Source: Burkholderiaceae bacterium | GTDB taxonomy: Bacteria; Pseudomonadota; Gammaproteobacteria; Burkholderiales; Burkholderiaceae_E | Reading direction: 5' to 3' | Assembly (NCBI GenBank): GCA_041396665.1 | Contig: JAWKYE010000014.1 | Location: forward strand, 102,189 to 166,188 | DNA: 64,000 nt | Shown here: positions 30,707 to 41,620 of the stretch, in pieces | How the letters are laid out: every line of letters starts with the position of its first letter | Numbering within the stretch: the stretch's first letter is position 1 | The notes under the pieces: model-generated | What the model saw: the letters and a program-made list of their open reading frames with translations, nothing else | What the model was told of the DNA's origin: nothing | The model's database searches: none | Program-made: the position numbers and the translations under genes

Positions 30707-32990
30707 ATGTCATCCGACGAAGTCCGCACGGCGGGCTTTTGCACCCAGTGCCGCTCGCGCTGTGGCTGTGTGTCGGTCGTGCGCGGGCAACGGCTGCTGC
30801 GCATCGAGCCGCTGCCCGGTCACCCGAGCGGCGAGCAGCTATGCCCCAAGGGCAATGCGGCGCCGGAGCTGGTGTATCACCCCGATCGCCTGACCCACCC
30901 GCTGCGCCGCACCGCACCCAAGGGCGCGGCCGACCCCGGCTGGCAGGCGGTCTCATGGGACGCGGCGCTGGACGAGATCGCGGCCCGGATGAACGGGATC
31001 CGCGACACGCACGGTGCCGAACAGGTGGCCTTCTCGGTGACGACCCCGAGTGGCACCCACATGTCGGACGGCATTTCCTGGGTCGAGCGCCTGGTGCGGG
31101 CCTTTGGGAGCCCCAACAACATCTATGGCACCGAGATCTGCAACTGGCACAAGGATTTCGCGTCGCGCTTCACGTTCGGCCACGACATCGGCACCCCCGA
31201 CTTCGCGAACACCGACTGCATCCTGCTATGGGGCCACAACCCGGCCAACACCTGGCTGGCCCGCGCCGGCGAGATCCGCAAGGCGCTGCAACGTGGCGCC
31301 AAGATCGTCGTCATCGACCCACAGCGCACGGTTTTCGCGCGCTCGGCAGATAGCTGGCTTCGCGTACGCCCGGGCACCGACCAGGCGCTGGCCCTCGGCC
31401 TGGCCCACCAACTGATCTCGACCGAGCGGTTCGATGCGGCGTTCGTCGCGCAGTGGACCAACGGGCCGCTGCTGGTGCGTGACGACACCGGGCGACTGCT
31501 GCGCGAGAGCGACCTGCACGGGCAGGGCCGCACCGATGTCGCGCTGGCCGCCGGCATCGGGGAGACCTACTGCGCTACGACCTTGGCAACGGTCGGTGGC
31601 TGGATGAGCACGCGCAACCGGCGTTGCGCACGCCGGCAGCGCTGCGCGTCGCCGATGGCCGGCTCAGCTGCCAGACCGCGTTCTCGCGCTACGAGGCGCT
31701 GGCCGCGCAATTTCCACCGCAGCGCGTTGCCGCGCTCACCGGCATCGAGCCGTCGGCGCTGGGCGTTGCGGCCGACCTGCTGGCCGGCGCGACATCGCTC
31801 GCCTGGTATGCCTGGAACGGCGTCGGCCAGGGTCCGCTGGCCACGCAGACCGATCGCGCGATCTCGCTGCTCTACACGCTGACCGGGCACTACGGCGCCC
31901 GCGGCGGCAACGTGCCGGGGGGCGCCGCGACCTTCGGCGATATCTCCGGTCTGGACCTGCTGGCTCCCGCGCAGCGCGCCAAGGCGCTGGGCCTGGCCGA
32001 GCGACCGCTGGGACCCGGCCTGCACGGCTGGGTGACGGCGCGCGACGTCTACCGGGCAGTCTTGGAGCACGAGCCCTACCCGGTCCGCATGTTGGTGTCG
32101 TTCGGCACGAACTTGCTCGCCTCGCAACCCGATACCGGACTGGCGCGCCGGGCGCTGGCTGCGCTCGAGTTCCATGTGCACGCCGACTTCTCGCTGAACC
32201 CGACGGCCGAGCAGGCCGACATCGTGTTGCCGGTGGCCACGTCTTGGGAACGCGGGGGCCTGCGCACCGGTTTCGACGCCAGCCTGGCCGGCCTGCGGCG
32301 CGTGCAGTGGCGAGCCCCGGTGATTGCGCCGCTAGGCGAGTCGCGCAGCGACATCGACATCGTGCTGGCGTTGGCGCCGCGCCTGGGCCTTGCCCGGCAT
32401 TTTTTCGGCGGCGACGCCGACCGTGGCCACGACGCGATCCTGCAACCGGCCGGGCTCACGCTGGCCGCGCTGCGCGCCTGCCCCGAAGGCGTGGACTTGC
32501 CCGGCGCGGTGCCGTTGCGCGCCCATGCCGGTCCGCGCGCCGACGGCGCACCGACCGGCTTTCCCACGATGAGCCGACGCATCGAGATCTGGTCCGAGCG
32601 CCTGCACGGGATCGGGCAGCCGGCGCTGCCGACACTGGACGGGCAAGACCTGCCACAACCGCCGCCCGGCTTTCCGCTGCGCCTCAGTTCGGCCCAAGAC
32701 CCTCGTCTACTGCCCCAACCAGCATCGCCAACTGCCGTCGCTGCGCCGCCTGATGCCCGACCCCGCTGCTGACCATGGGGACGGCCGCCGCGCAGGCGCC
32801 GCCGGTATCGCGCCGCAACAACTGGGTGATCGTGACAACGCCGATCGGCACGCTGCGTGCGCGGGCACGCCTGTCGACGATGTCGATCCGGGATCGGTTT
32901 TTCGCCCAGCACGGCTGGTGGGTGCCACTAGGGGACGAGGCCGGCGGCGGCGGTCCGAGGCAGCGACGCGTCAATCCGGAGCCAACCTGA
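30707..32990 (+). pseudogene. Molybdopterin-dependent oxidoreductase (DMSO reductase / formate dehydrogenase superfamily catalytic subunit), at least three frameshifts
   Basis: N-terminal Fe-S motif CTQCRSRCGC. The molybdopterin domain (…ILLWGHNPANTWLARAGEI…VVIDPQRT…) runs to about 31600, then continues in the 31624..32772 frame (…YAWNGVGQG…ADIVLPVATSWERGGL…) and in a third frame at 32775..32990. The end is approximate. Confidence 0.65.
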
Positions 32991-33047
32991 ACGCGGTGAT
33001 CGACACCGCCGCCAGGACCGGTGAGCGGCTCGATCGGGCTGCGCTGT

Positions 33048-33399
33048 TCATGGTGCAGTACAGCCGCTCAGCGCACCGGCAGTCCGCCCCGAAACGAAAT
33101 AGGCGGCCCCGACCAGGCAGAGGCCGGCCCACAGGTAGTCGAGCCGGGGCGGTTCTCGCGGGTACAACCAGGCAATCGGCACGAACACCGTCAGCGAGAT
33201 CACCTCCTGGAGGATCTTGAGCTGGCCAATGCTCATCTGCTGATGCCCTATCCGATTGGCCGGCACCTGCAACAGGTACTCGAACAACGCGATTCCCCAG
33301 CTGGCCAGCGTGATCGGCGGTGCTCAGGTTTCGCAGGTGGCCGTACCAGGCCAGCGTCATGAACACGTTGGAAGCAGCCAACAACAGCACGGTTTTCAT
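33048..33399 (-). pseudogene. DUF486 / DMT-like small membrane protein with one frameshift
   Basis: MKTVLLLAASNVFMTLAWYGHLRNLS (frame of 32971..33495), then …FEYLLQVPANRIGHQQMSIGQLKILQEVISLTVFVPIAWLYPREPPRLDYLWAGLCLVGAAYFV (frame of 33048..33287). Confidence 0.6.
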
Positions 33400-33546
33400 C
33401 AGTTGGCATCTCGGCCTTCCGTTTGCTACTCTCAAAGACCCGCAGTGCAGGCGCGACGCTCGACCGGGCAGGCCTGTCCTTCGCGGTATATTCACGGGTC
33501 ACCCGCAACGCGCCCGGCGCCATCGCCCGGCCTCCTGGAGTTCCCG

Positions 33547-33932
33547 ATGACCATCACCCGGCTACACACCAATGCGCGCATGAGCCAGATCGTGCGTCAC
33601 CGCGACACCCTCTATCTTGCTGGACAGAGTCGGTACGGCTTGAGACTGTCGCGCGCCAGACGCAGGACATCCTGGACAAGATCGACAAGCTGCTGGCCGA
33701 AGCCGGCTCGAGCCGCCAGCACCTGTTGCAGGCGACGATCTGGCTGGCGGACATGGCTGACTTTGCCGAGATGAACGCGGTCTGGGATGCCTGGGTGCCG
33801 CAGGGTCATGCACCGACGCGGGCCTGCGGCGAGGCCAAACTGGCCACGCCGCAGTACAAGGTCGAGATCATCATCGTCGCGACCATCGATGATCGCCAGC
33901 CGGCCAGTGGCGGGCGCTCGGGCGACTTCTGA
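33547..33932 (+). pseudogene. RidA/YjgF-family protein with one frameshift
   Basis: MTITRLHTNARMSQIVRHRDTLYLAGQ (33256 frame), then …RLETVARQTQDILDKIDKLLAEAGSSRQHLLQATIWLADMADFAEMNAVWDAWVP…PTRACGEAKLATPQYKVEIIIVAT (33423 frame). The switch is at about 33630. Confidence 0.65.
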
Positions 33933-33952
33933 GCCCCCTCCCCGTCCTGACG

Positions 33953-35151
33953 ATGAGTGATCGTGCGGTCACGGTCTACTGCGGCCTGCTGCTCACGCTG
34001 GCCGCGTTCTCGATCGACATCACGCCACCGTTCTTTGCCGTGATACGCGATGCGTTCGGCGCGAGCGCGGCACGCGATCATCACGCTCAACATCCTGTCA
34101 CTGGGTGTCGGCCAGTTGATCTTCAGGTCTTTCTCCGACCGCTTCGGGCGGCGGGCAGCGATCGTCCAGCGGGCTCAGCCTGTACCTGCTGGGCACGCTG
34201 GTGGCGCTGCTAACAGCCTCGGTCAGCTTCAGTTGCTGGTGGGCCGGTGCTGCAGGGGCTGGGCGCGGCCGCCGGCCCGGTCACTGCCCGCGCGATCATC
34301 GCGACCGCTTCGCCGGGCCAGGCGCTAGCGCAGAACATGGCAGTGGCCAGCGGGATCTTCTCTATCGGGCCGATCCTCGCACCCCTGATCGGCGCCGGGC
34401 TGGTCGCGCTGGGCGGCGACTGGCGCCTGGTCTTCGTTGCCATGGCGACATTGGCCGGCGCGTTGATGCTGACTGCTACGCCTGCCCGAGACCCTGCGGG
34501 TGCGCCGGCTCGATGCGCTGTCACCGCGGGTGTTCCTGACCAACATCGGGCGCGTCTTCAGCGTGCCAAACCCGCTACTTCCTGCTGTTATCGGGCTGGA
34601 TCATGACCGCGATGGTCATCATCGTTGCCGGCATGGCCCGCGTCATGGAGGTGGAATTCGGTATCACCGGTGCGTTGTTTGCCGTGTTGTTCGCGATACA
34701 CGGACTGGGAGTGGTCATCGGCCAGATCGCCAACCACTGGCTGATCGGCCGGATCGGAACCGTGGCCAGCGCGAGCAGCGCGGCGGCGCTGATGACGGCC
34801 GCCACCGCGGTGCTGGCGGTAACGGCAGCGATGGACTGGCTCAGCGGCATCGGCCTGGCCGCGGGGGTTTTCGTGTTTGCGATCGGCTACCTGATGGTCT
34901 ATGCCAATGCCGCCAGCATGACGCTCGAGCCACATGGCGAGATCGCCGGCTTCACCGCCGCGTTCTACGGGTTTTTCGGCCAGGCGACATCGGCGATCCT
35001 GGCCAGCGTGGCAATCGGACTGTTCGGGGGCAGCGCGCTGGGCTTCGCGCTGGCCCTGTTGCTGATCTGCACGCTGACCCTGCTGGCCCTGCTCGGCTGG
35101 CTGCGGGCAAAGTGCCCGGCCGACGCGATCGGTGCCCAGCCCACCGCCTGA
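33953..35151 (+). pseudogene. MFS transporter (Bcr/CflA-like), at least four frameshifts
   Basis: Segments fall in successive frames. MSDRAVTVYCGLLLTLAAFSIDITPPFFAVIRDAFGAS. AIITLNILSLGVGQLIFRSFSDRFGRRAAIV. MLQGLGAAAGPVTARAIIATASPGQALAQNMAVASGIFSIGPILAPLIGAGLVALGGDWRLVFVAMATLAGALMLTA. RVFLTNIGRVFSVP. MTAMVIIVAGMARVMEVEFGITGALFAVLFAIHGLG… continues to the end at 35151. Confidence 0.7.
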
Positions 35152-35172
35152 GCCCGGCGGCAGGCGCCCGCG

Positions 35173-35898
35173 CTACTGCCGGTAGGTGGGATCGCGCAGA
35201 TCGAGCTTGCGCACCAGTGCGCCGTACACCATGTCGCAAACCACGGGTTCGGCCGGACCGGCCTCGCGCACCGTCTGTGCCAGCACCGGCGCGCCCAGCG
35301 AGCGGATCGGACCTGCCGCCGCCGCGGCCAGCTGGATCTCGCAGGCGCGCTGCATCGTCCAGAGCCACATGAAGGCCTCGGGCAGGCTCGTGCCCCAGGA
35401 CAGCAGGCCATGGTTGCGAAGGACCACCGCCCGGTGCGAACCGATGCTGGCCAGCATGCGCTCGCGCTCGGCCGGATTGACGGTCACCCCCTCGAAGTCG
35501 TGATAGGCGACCTGCCCGTGCAACTGGGCCCCGTAGAACGAATCGTGCGACAGGCCCTGCTCGAGGCAGGACACCGCGCATCCGGCCGTCGTGTGCGTGT
35601 GCATCACGCAGTGGGCGTTGTCGATGTGCCCGTGGATCGCGCTGTGGGTGACGAACCCGGCCCGGTTGATCGGATGCTGTCCCGGGCGCACCGGGTGGCC
35701 CTCGATGTCGATCGCCACCAGGTTCGACGCCATGACCTCGTGGTACTGCAGCCCGAAAGGGTTGATCAGGAACACCCGCTCGGGGCCCGGTACCCGCAGC
35801 GTGATGTGGTTGAAGATCATCTCGGTCCAGCCGAGCATGTCGAAGATCCGGTAGCAGGCGGCCAACTCGATCCGGGCCTTGTGCTCGGCGTCGGTCAT
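35173..35898 (-). CDS. Class II aldolase/adducin-family protein
   Basis: MTDAEHKARIELAACYRIFDMLGWTEMIFNHITLRVPG…, His-rich metal site (HGHIDNAHCVMHTHT). Intact. An upstream in-frame ATG lies at 35949. Confidence 0.75.
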   Translation of the reverse strand: MTDAEHKARIELAACYRIFDMLGWTEMIFNHITLRVPGPERVFLINPFGLQYHEVMASNLVAIDIEGHPVRPGQHPINRAGFVTHSAIHGHIDNAHCVMHTHTTAGCAVSCLEQGLSHDSFYGAQLHGQVAYHDFEGVTVNPAERERMLASIGSHRAVVLRNHGLLSWGTSLPEAFMWLWTMQRACEIQLAAAAAGPIRSLGAPVLAQTVREAGPAEPVVCDMVYGALVRKLDLRDPTYRQ

Positions 35899-36010
35899 CG
35901 GGATCTCGCGCTGTCCGTCGCGGGCGCGCTGTTGCATGTGCAGGGCCATGGATTCTTTGTCTCGGCAGGTCTGGATCTGGAAAGTGTACCGCGTAGGCGG
36001 CCGCTGACCT

Positions 36011-37633
36011 TCAATGTAGCGCAGCGATCACCGTATCGACCTGCACGACGGTGGCAACGTTCTGCATCGCGTAGTTGACCGAGGCCAGGTGCCACTCGTC
36101 ATTCATCGTCGAGCAGGCGTCTTCGGGCAGGATCACCCGGTAGCCCTTGTCGGCCCCGGTACGGGCCGTGTGCTCGATCGACATGTTGGTCCAGGCGCCG
36201 GTGTCGATGATCGTCTTGCTGCCCAGCGCCTTGAGCGTGGTCTCCAGCGAACTGCCTTCCCAGGCGCTCATCCGGTTCTTGATCACCACGTGGTCCCCGG
36301 GTTGGGGCTCCAGGCCCGGGGCCGGCTGCGCGCCCCAGGTGTCGCGCACAAGCGCGTTGGCCTCGCGCAGCCCCAGGAACAGCGGCGCATTCATCGGGAT
36401 CTCGAGCGCACCGGGCCCGACGATGAACCACACGTGGATGACCGGTACCCGGTGGCGCCGGCAATGGGCGGCCAGCCGGGCGATGTTGGCGATCGTGTTT
36501 TTCTTCGTGCAATGCGCGGGCGAACCGGAATCGGCGAACGCGCCGCCGGCGATCACCACGTCGTTCTGCATGTCCTGGATCAGCAGCGCGCAATCGGCGG
36601 CCTGCAGGTGTAGTGGGTCGGTGCTCAGCAGCGGGCCGATCGCGGCCCCGGCCGGGCCCGCCGGCGCTGACACCGGCAAAGCCGACGCCGGTGGCGGATC
36701 ACCCGCCGCGGCCGGATGGCCGCGCATGAAGGGCTCGATGCGGGGGCCTATCCGGGTGCGCACCGTGTACACCGAACGGGTCGCGCACACGAACAGGGTG
36801 CGCCAGTCCGGCCCACCCCAGTGCAGGTTGGCCGCCGGCTCGGGGATGCGGATCTTGCCGATCACCCGGCCGCCCGGGTCGAACACCCAGAGCCCGCCGG
36901 GCGCGGTGACCCAGACATTGCCCAGTGAATCGCACTTCATGCCATCGGGCACGCCGGGCAGACCGCTGTCGCGAACCCCCGAGGCGAACAGCCGCGGCCC
37001 CGACAGACCGCCATCGGCCTGCACATCGAACACCCGGATGTTCGCCTGGTCGGTGTCGTTCACGTACAGCAGGCGTTCATCGGGCGAGAAGCACAATCCG
37101 TTGGGCTGCTTGAACAAAAAGCGATCGACCAGCAGTTGCGGCTCGCCAGCGACCTGCCCCGGCGCGATCCTGTAGACCCCCTGAAAGCCTTGCTCAGGCC
37201 GGCGCTCGATTCCGTAGTACGGCATGCGCCCGTAGCTTGGATCGGAAAAGTAGATGGATCCGTCGCTATGAACACAGACGTCGTTCGGACTATTCAGCTC
37301 GCGGCCATCGAAATGGCTGGCCAGCACCTGGCGACGACCCTGCGCATCGAAGCGCGCGACACTCGAGGTGGCATGTTCGCAAACGACGAGGTTCAGCTGC
37401 GCATCATAGGTGAGCCCGTTTCCCTTGTTCGAGCCGCGCAGCTGTTCGCGCACGCCGGCCGCGCTGTCCCAGCGGCGGCGCACATCGCCGGGCATGTCCG
37501 AGAACAACAGGTATTGACCGCGTGGATGCCAGATGGGCCCCTCGGTGAACTCGAAACCGGTGGCCAGTTGTTCCACTGGCGCGTCGGGCTCGATCAGGTC
37601 GTCAAAAGCGGGATGCAGTCGTTGATGTGCCAT
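36011..37633 (-). CDS. Fusion protein with an N-terminal SMP-30/gluconolactonase/LRE-like beta-propeller and a C-terminal isochorismatase-family (cysteine hydrolase) domain
   Basis: Residues 1-290 look SMP-30-like (…FTEGPIWHPRGQYLLFSDMPGD…SPNDVCVHSDGSIYFSDP…NGLCFSPDERLLYVND…). A Pro/Ala linker follows (PAAAGDPPPASALPVSAPAGPAGAAIG). Residues about 340-540 look isochorismatase-like (…ALLIQDMQNDVVIAGGAF…VPVIHVWFIV…VIKNRMSAWEGSSLETTLKALGSKTIIDTGAWTNMSIEHTARTGADKGYRVILPEDACSTM). One uninterrupted 540-aa frame. Confidence 0.7.
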   Translation of the reverse strand: MAHQRLHPAFDDLIEPDAPVEQLATGFEFTEGPIWHPRGQYLLFSDMPGDVRRRWDSAAGVREQLRGSNKGNGLTYDAQLNLVVCEHATSSVARFDAQGRRQVLASHFDGRELNSPNDVCVHSDGSIYFSDPSYGRMPYYGIERRPEQGFQGVYRIAPGQVAGEPQLLVDRFLFKQPNGLCFSPDERLLYVNDTDQANIRVFDVQADGGLSGPRLFASGVRDSGLPGVPDGMKCDSLGNVWVTAPGGLWVFDPGGRVIGKIRIPEPAANLHWGGPDWRTLFVCATRSVYTVRTRIGPRIEPFMRGHPAAAGDPPPASALPVSAPAGPAGAAIGPLLSTDPLHLQAADCALLIQDMQNDVVIAGGAFADSGSPAHCTKKNTIANIARLAAHCRRHRVPVIHVWFIVGPGALEIPMNAPLFLGLREANALVRDTWGAQPAPGLEPQPGDHVVIKNRMSAWEGSSLETTLKALGSKTIIDTGAWTNMSIEHTARTGADKGYRVILPEDACSTMNDEWHLASVNYAMQNVATVVQVDTVIAALH

Positions 37634-37677
37634 GGTCGGACAACTCCAGGGTCAGAGGCGGGAATCAGAGGCGGTCA

Positions 37678-38580
37678 TCAGAGGCGGTAGATGCGGGCGG
37701 CCGTGTCATGCAGCACCGCGCGCTGCGCAGTCACCGGCAGCGACGACAGCGCCGCCCGATGTGCCGACAGCAGGCCGGCATAATCGGTCCACAGCTTCTC
37801 GATCGGGAAGTTCGAGCCGAACAGGCAACGCCCGGCGCCGAACAGGCGCACGGTCTGATGCACGATCTCGGCGATGTGCGCCGGATCGTTGCGATGCAAG
37901 AAGGTGCCCAGGCCCGAGGTCTTGCTGACGACGTTGGGCTCGGCCGCCAGCCGGGCCAATCCGGCCAGCCAGGCGGCCTGCCCCTGCTCGCCGGGGTCTT
38001 CGGGCATGCCGGCATGTTGCAACACGAAGGTCACTGCCGGGCAGCTGCGTGCCAGCGCGGCCGCCGCCGCCATCTGCGACGTAAAGACCTGCAGCTCGAA
38101 GCACCAGCCGTAGTCGGCGAGCCGGGCGATGTTGCGCTGCACCTGGGGCTGCAGCGGCATATCGGGGGTGACAGCGAAGCGGTACAGCGGGTTCTCGTGC
38201 CAGTGAAACTGCTGGCGTATGCCGCGCACCTGTTCGATCGCCGCGAGGCGGTCCAGATCGGGGCGCACATCGGGCTGGGTGAAATCGGCATAGGCGACGA
38301 TCGCCTGCGGCCAGCCATGCTGCTGCGACACCTGCTGCACCCAGCGCGCCTCCTGCTCGAACTGCCCGACCGGCCAGTTGGCCTGCACGTAGACCGACTG
38401 TCTCACCCCCAGGCCGGCGATGTCGCGCAGGTACTCCTCGATCAGATAGTCGCGCATGATCGGCTCGTAAGGCCCGAAGATCCGCGGCTGCATCGTGCCC
38501 TGCAACCAGGCGAGATCCCGCTGGCGCCAGATGTGGTGATGGGCATCGATCACGTCGATTGCGCCGCTCTCGTCGGTCAT
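37678..38580 (-). CDS. Amidohydrolase-2 family TIM-barrel hydrolase (lactonase/decarboxylase-like)
   Basis: MTDESGAIDVIDAHHHIW…, FHWHENP, VLQHAGMP, a C-terminal …LFGSNFPIEKLW. The ATG overlaps the downstream VWA gene start region (ATGA at 38577-38580). Confidence 0.8.
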   Translation of the reverse strand: MTDESGAIDVIDAHHHIWRQRDLAWLQGTMQPRIFGPYEPIMRDYLIEEYLRDIAGLGVRQSVYVQANWPVGQFEQEARWVQQVSQQHGWPQAIVAYADFTQPDVRPDLDRLAAIEQVRGIRQQFHWHENPLYRFAVTPDMPLQPQVQRNIARLADYGWCFELQVFTSQMAAAAALARSCPAVTFVLQHAGMPEDPGEQGQAAWLAGLARLAAEPNVVSKTSGLGTFLHRNDPAHIAEIVHQTVRLFGAGRCLFGSNFPIEKLWTDYAGLLSAHRAALSSLPVTAQRAVLHDTAARIYRL

Positions 38581-39719
38581 CGGAACTCCTTGGCCAGGGT
38601 CAACAGGGACGAACAAAGGCTGGCGATCGATGAGCCGTCGTCGAGCCGGGAGAGCATGGGCCTGATCGCGAGCATCGCCTCGGTCCGCGGTTCGTAGCGT
38701 GGATCGCCGGCCAGCGGCGACAGCCACAGTACCTGCCACGCCCGCTTGGACAGCCGTGCCATCGCCTGCACCAGCGCCCGTGGATCGCCGCGCTCCAGCC
38801 CGTCGGACACCACCACCACCAGCGCGCCGCGGGCAAAATCGGCATGACGCGGGATCGCCAGCAACGCGCCCAGCGCCTCGCCTATCCGGGTGCCGCCGTC
38901 GAAGTCGGCCACCAGCGACGCCGCCCGATTCAGCGCCCTGGCCTCGTCACGCAGCCGCAGCGCGGGACTGATCCGGGTGAGCCGGGTGCCGAGCGTGAAG
39001 CATTCGAAGTGATCGGCCGCCTGGCCCAGCGCATGCGCGAGCCGGAATGCATTGACCGTGTTCGCCTTCATCGAACCGGACACATCGATCAACAACAGGA
39101 TCCGCCGCTGGCGTCGCTTACGCGCCCACCGGTAAAGGCGCAGGGTTTCGCCGTCGCGACTCACCAGTTCGCGCAGATTGCGCCGCATGTCGTAGCGATC
39201 ACCGCGGTGGCTGGCCGCGCGCCGGTAGGACAACCGGCTCGGCAGCGCCGTGCCCGCCTCGCGCCGGAACCGGCGCAGCAGCGCCGAATCGCCGATGTCG
39301 CCAAACGCCCGACCGGTCAGCAGTTCGCCGCGGCTCGCCTGCTCGCCGACCGGGCTCTCGGTCTGCGGTTCGGGCACATCCCCCTGGCCGCTGTCCTCGT
39401 CGAACACCTGCATCTCGTCATCAGGCGCCTCGGTGGTCGCCGGGGCGGCCAGGCTCTGCCCGGCAAAGAACATCCGGAACAGCGCATCGAATTCGGCAAA
39501 GCGCTCGGGCGGCGGCGCCAGCGTGGCGCGCGCGGCGCGCAAGACGCCATGCAGGCTCGAGGGACGCAGCAAGCCGATCGATTCGACGAAGGCCATCGTC
39601 TGGTCCGGCGATACCCGAAAGCCGTTGGCCCGTAGCAGCGTCGGAAACACCACGAACGGCTGCGCCGCCTGCGGCAAAGCCTCGGGCAGCAGAGGGTCGG
39701 GACGATGGGCGGGCAGCAT
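38577..39719 (-). CDS. coxE: VWA-domain protein, CoxE-like
   Basis: 380 aa. VWA/MIDAS ILLLIDVSGSM…T..G. N-terminal CoxE-like region. Part of the cox-like operon. Confidence 0.75.
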   Translation of the reverse strand: MLPAHRPDPLLPEALPQAAQPFVVFPTLLRANGFRVSPDQTMAFVESIGLLRPSSLHGVLRAARATLAPPPERFAEFDALFRMFFAGQSLAAPATTEAPDDEMQVFDEDSGQGDVPEPQTESPVGEQASRGELLTGRAFGDIGDSALLRRFRREAGTALPSRLSYRRAASHRGDRYDMRRNLRELVSRDGETLRLYRWARKRRQRRILLLIDVSGSMKANTVNAFRLAHALGQAADHFECFTLGTRLTRISPALRLRDEARALNRAASLVADFDGGTRIGEALGALLAIPRHADFARGALVVVVSDGLERGDPRALVQAMARLSKRAWQVLWLSPLAGDPRYEPRTEAMLAIRPMLSRLDDGSSIASLCSSLLTLAKEFR

Positions 39720-39723
39720 CGGA

Positions 39724-40593
39724 TCAGCCGATCAGTTCGTCCAGCCGGTCGGCCAGGTAGGCCAGGTCGTCCTGGTCCTTGACCGCCACGCCGATCGCCC
39801 GCCGGAACGCCAGTGGCCAGTCCGAGCCCTGATCGTTGAGCAGGGTCGCCGCCTGCGCCCACTCGACGGTCTCGGCGACCCCGGGGGGCTTGGACAGCGG
39901 TTCGGCCCGCAACCGGCCCACCGAGCGCACGACCCAGTCGGCCGTGGCACGGGCCACCTCGCTGGCGCGCATCATCACGATCTGCGCCTCGCGCTGCGGG
40001 CCCGGGTAATCGATCCAGTGGTAGACACAACGCCGTCGCAATGCCTCGTGCAGTTCGCGGGTACGGTTGGACGTCAGTACCACGACCGGCCGTCGCGTCG
40101 CGCGCACCGTGCCGCGCTCCGGGATGGATATCTGGAAGTCGGACAGGAACTCGAGCAGGAAGGCCTCGAACTCATGGTCGGACCGATCGATCTCGTCGAT
40201 CAGCAAGACGGCATCGTCGGGCGATTGCAGCGCATCGAGCAGTGGCCGCGCGATCAGGAACTCGTCCCTGTAGATGTTCAGGTACTGGTCCGACGCCTGG
40301 CGGATCGCCAGCATCTGGCGCGGGTAGTTCCACTCGTACAGCGCCGCCGCGGCGTCTATCCCCTCGTAGCACTGCAACCGGATCAGGCGCCGCCCCAGCA
40401 CCGACGCCAGCGCCTTGGCCGCCTCGGTTTTGCCCACGCCAGGCGCGCCCTCGAGCAGCAGTGGCTTGCCCAGCGCGAGGCCCAGGTAGGCAGCGGTGGC
40501 CAGCCCCTCGTCGGCCAGGTATTGCGCGGCCAGCAATGCCTGCTCCAGCTCCTCGGGGCTGGCGATGCCGGCGATGGTCCGTTGCAGTGCCAC
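39724..40593 (-). CDS. coxD: MoxR-type AAA+ ATPase, CoxD-like
   Basis: Walker A LLLEGAPGVGKTEAAKALA, Walker B LLIDEIDRSD, and the sensor region. Confidence 0.8.
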   Translation of the reverse strand: MALQRTIAGIASPEELEQALLAAQYLADEGLATAAYLGLALGKPLLLEGAPGVGKTEAAKALASVLGRRLIRLQCYEGIDAAAALYEWNYPRQMLAIRQASDQYLNIYRDEFLIARPLLDALQSPDDAVLLIDEIDRSDHEFEAFLLEFLSDFQISIPERGTVRATRRPVVVLTSNRTRELHEALRRRCVYHWIDYPGPQREAQIVMMRASEVARATADWVVRSVGRLRAEPLSKPPGVAETVEWAQAATLLNDQGSDWPLAFRRAIGVAVKDQDDLAYLADRLDELIG

Positions 40594-40596
40594 CGA

Positions 40597-41619
40597 TCAG
40601 TACACCGGTTGCGGCTGCGCGCCACCCAGCTCGCGCAGGCCGCGCAGGATTTTCTCGGGCGTGATCGGCAGCTCGGTCACCCGCACCCCGACCGCGTTGA
40701 ACACCGCGTTGGCCACCGCCGGCAGCACCGGGTTGGCGCACATCTCACCCGGCCCCTTGCCACCGAACGGTGCATCGGGCGCCGGCCGCTCGAGGATCGC
40801 GATGTCGTGCGGGGCCACCTGGCCGGGCCCGGGCATCAGGTACCCGTCAAAGTCGACCGGGCCGTGCTCGCGGTCCGGATAGTACGGCTCGGTCGTCTCG
40901 TAGAGCGCGTGGCTCATGCCCATCCAGGCGCCTCCCACCAGCTGCTGCTCGACCAGTTTCGGATTCAGCGCCCGCCCCACCTCGTAGGCCGAGTTCATCC
41001 GGAGCACCTCGACTTCGCCGGTTTCATCGTCGACCGTGACGTCGACCACCATCGCGGCATGCGCAAAACACGAAACCGGCGTCATCTCGCCGGTCTGGGG
41101 GTCGACCTCGGACAACGGGATCAGGAAGATGCCGCGGCCGGACACGGTCTTGCCGTGCTTGAACTGCGCCGCGTTGCAGGCAGCGCCGGTGGTGATCGTA
41201 TTGGCCGGCGCGCCCTTCACGTGGATATTGCCCTTGCCGTCGGTCTCGAGGTCCTGCGGGTTCACCTCGAGTTCCTCGGCCGCCGCTTCCAGCATCACCG
41301 CCCGTGCCTCGCGGGCCGCCTCGATCACGGCGTTGCCGACCCGGTGCGTGCCACGCGACGCGAACGAACCCATGCAGTGTGGGCCGGTGTCCGAATCGGC
41401 GGTGTCGACGTAGACATCGCCAACCGGCACGCCGAGGGTTTCGGCGGCGATCTGGCGGGTCACCGACTTCATCCCCTGGCCCAGGTCGATGGACGACAGG
41501 GCCACGGTGAACTTGCCGTCCGGATTGGAATGCACCAGCGCCTGGCTGGGGTCGCCACCCAGGTTCATGCCGATCGGATAGTTGATTGCCGCAAAACCGC
41601 GGCCGCGATGCAAGGCCAT
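40597..41619 (-). CDS. Xanthine dehydrogenase / aerobic CODH-family molybdopterin-binding large subunit, C-terminal half (CoxL-like, split gene)
   Basis: MALHRGRGFAAINYPIGMNLGGDP…GQGMKSVTRQIAAE…GGKGPGEMCANPVLPAVANAVFNAVGVRVTELPITPEKILRGL are typical of the C-terminal Mo-cofactor-binding domains. The ATG lies 1 nt after the stop of the upstream N-terminal-half ORF. Confidence 0.75.
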   Translation of the reverse strand: MALHRGRGFAAINYPIGMNLGGDPSQALVHSNPDGKFTVALSSIDLGQGMKSVTRQIAAETLGVPVGDVYVDTADSDTGPHCMGSFASRGTHRVGNAVIEAAREARAVMLEAAAEELEVNPQDLETDGKGNIHVKGAPANTITTGAACNAAQFKHGKTVSGRGIFLIPLSEVDPQTGEMTPVSCFAHAAMVVDVTVDDETGEVEVLRMNSAYEVGRALNPKLVEQQLVGGAWMGMSHALYETTEPYYPDREHGPVDFDGYLMPGPGQVAPHDIAILERPAPDAPFGGKGPGEMCANPVLPAVANAVFNAVGVRVTELPITPEKILRGLRELGGAQPQPVY

Positions 41620-41620
41620 G

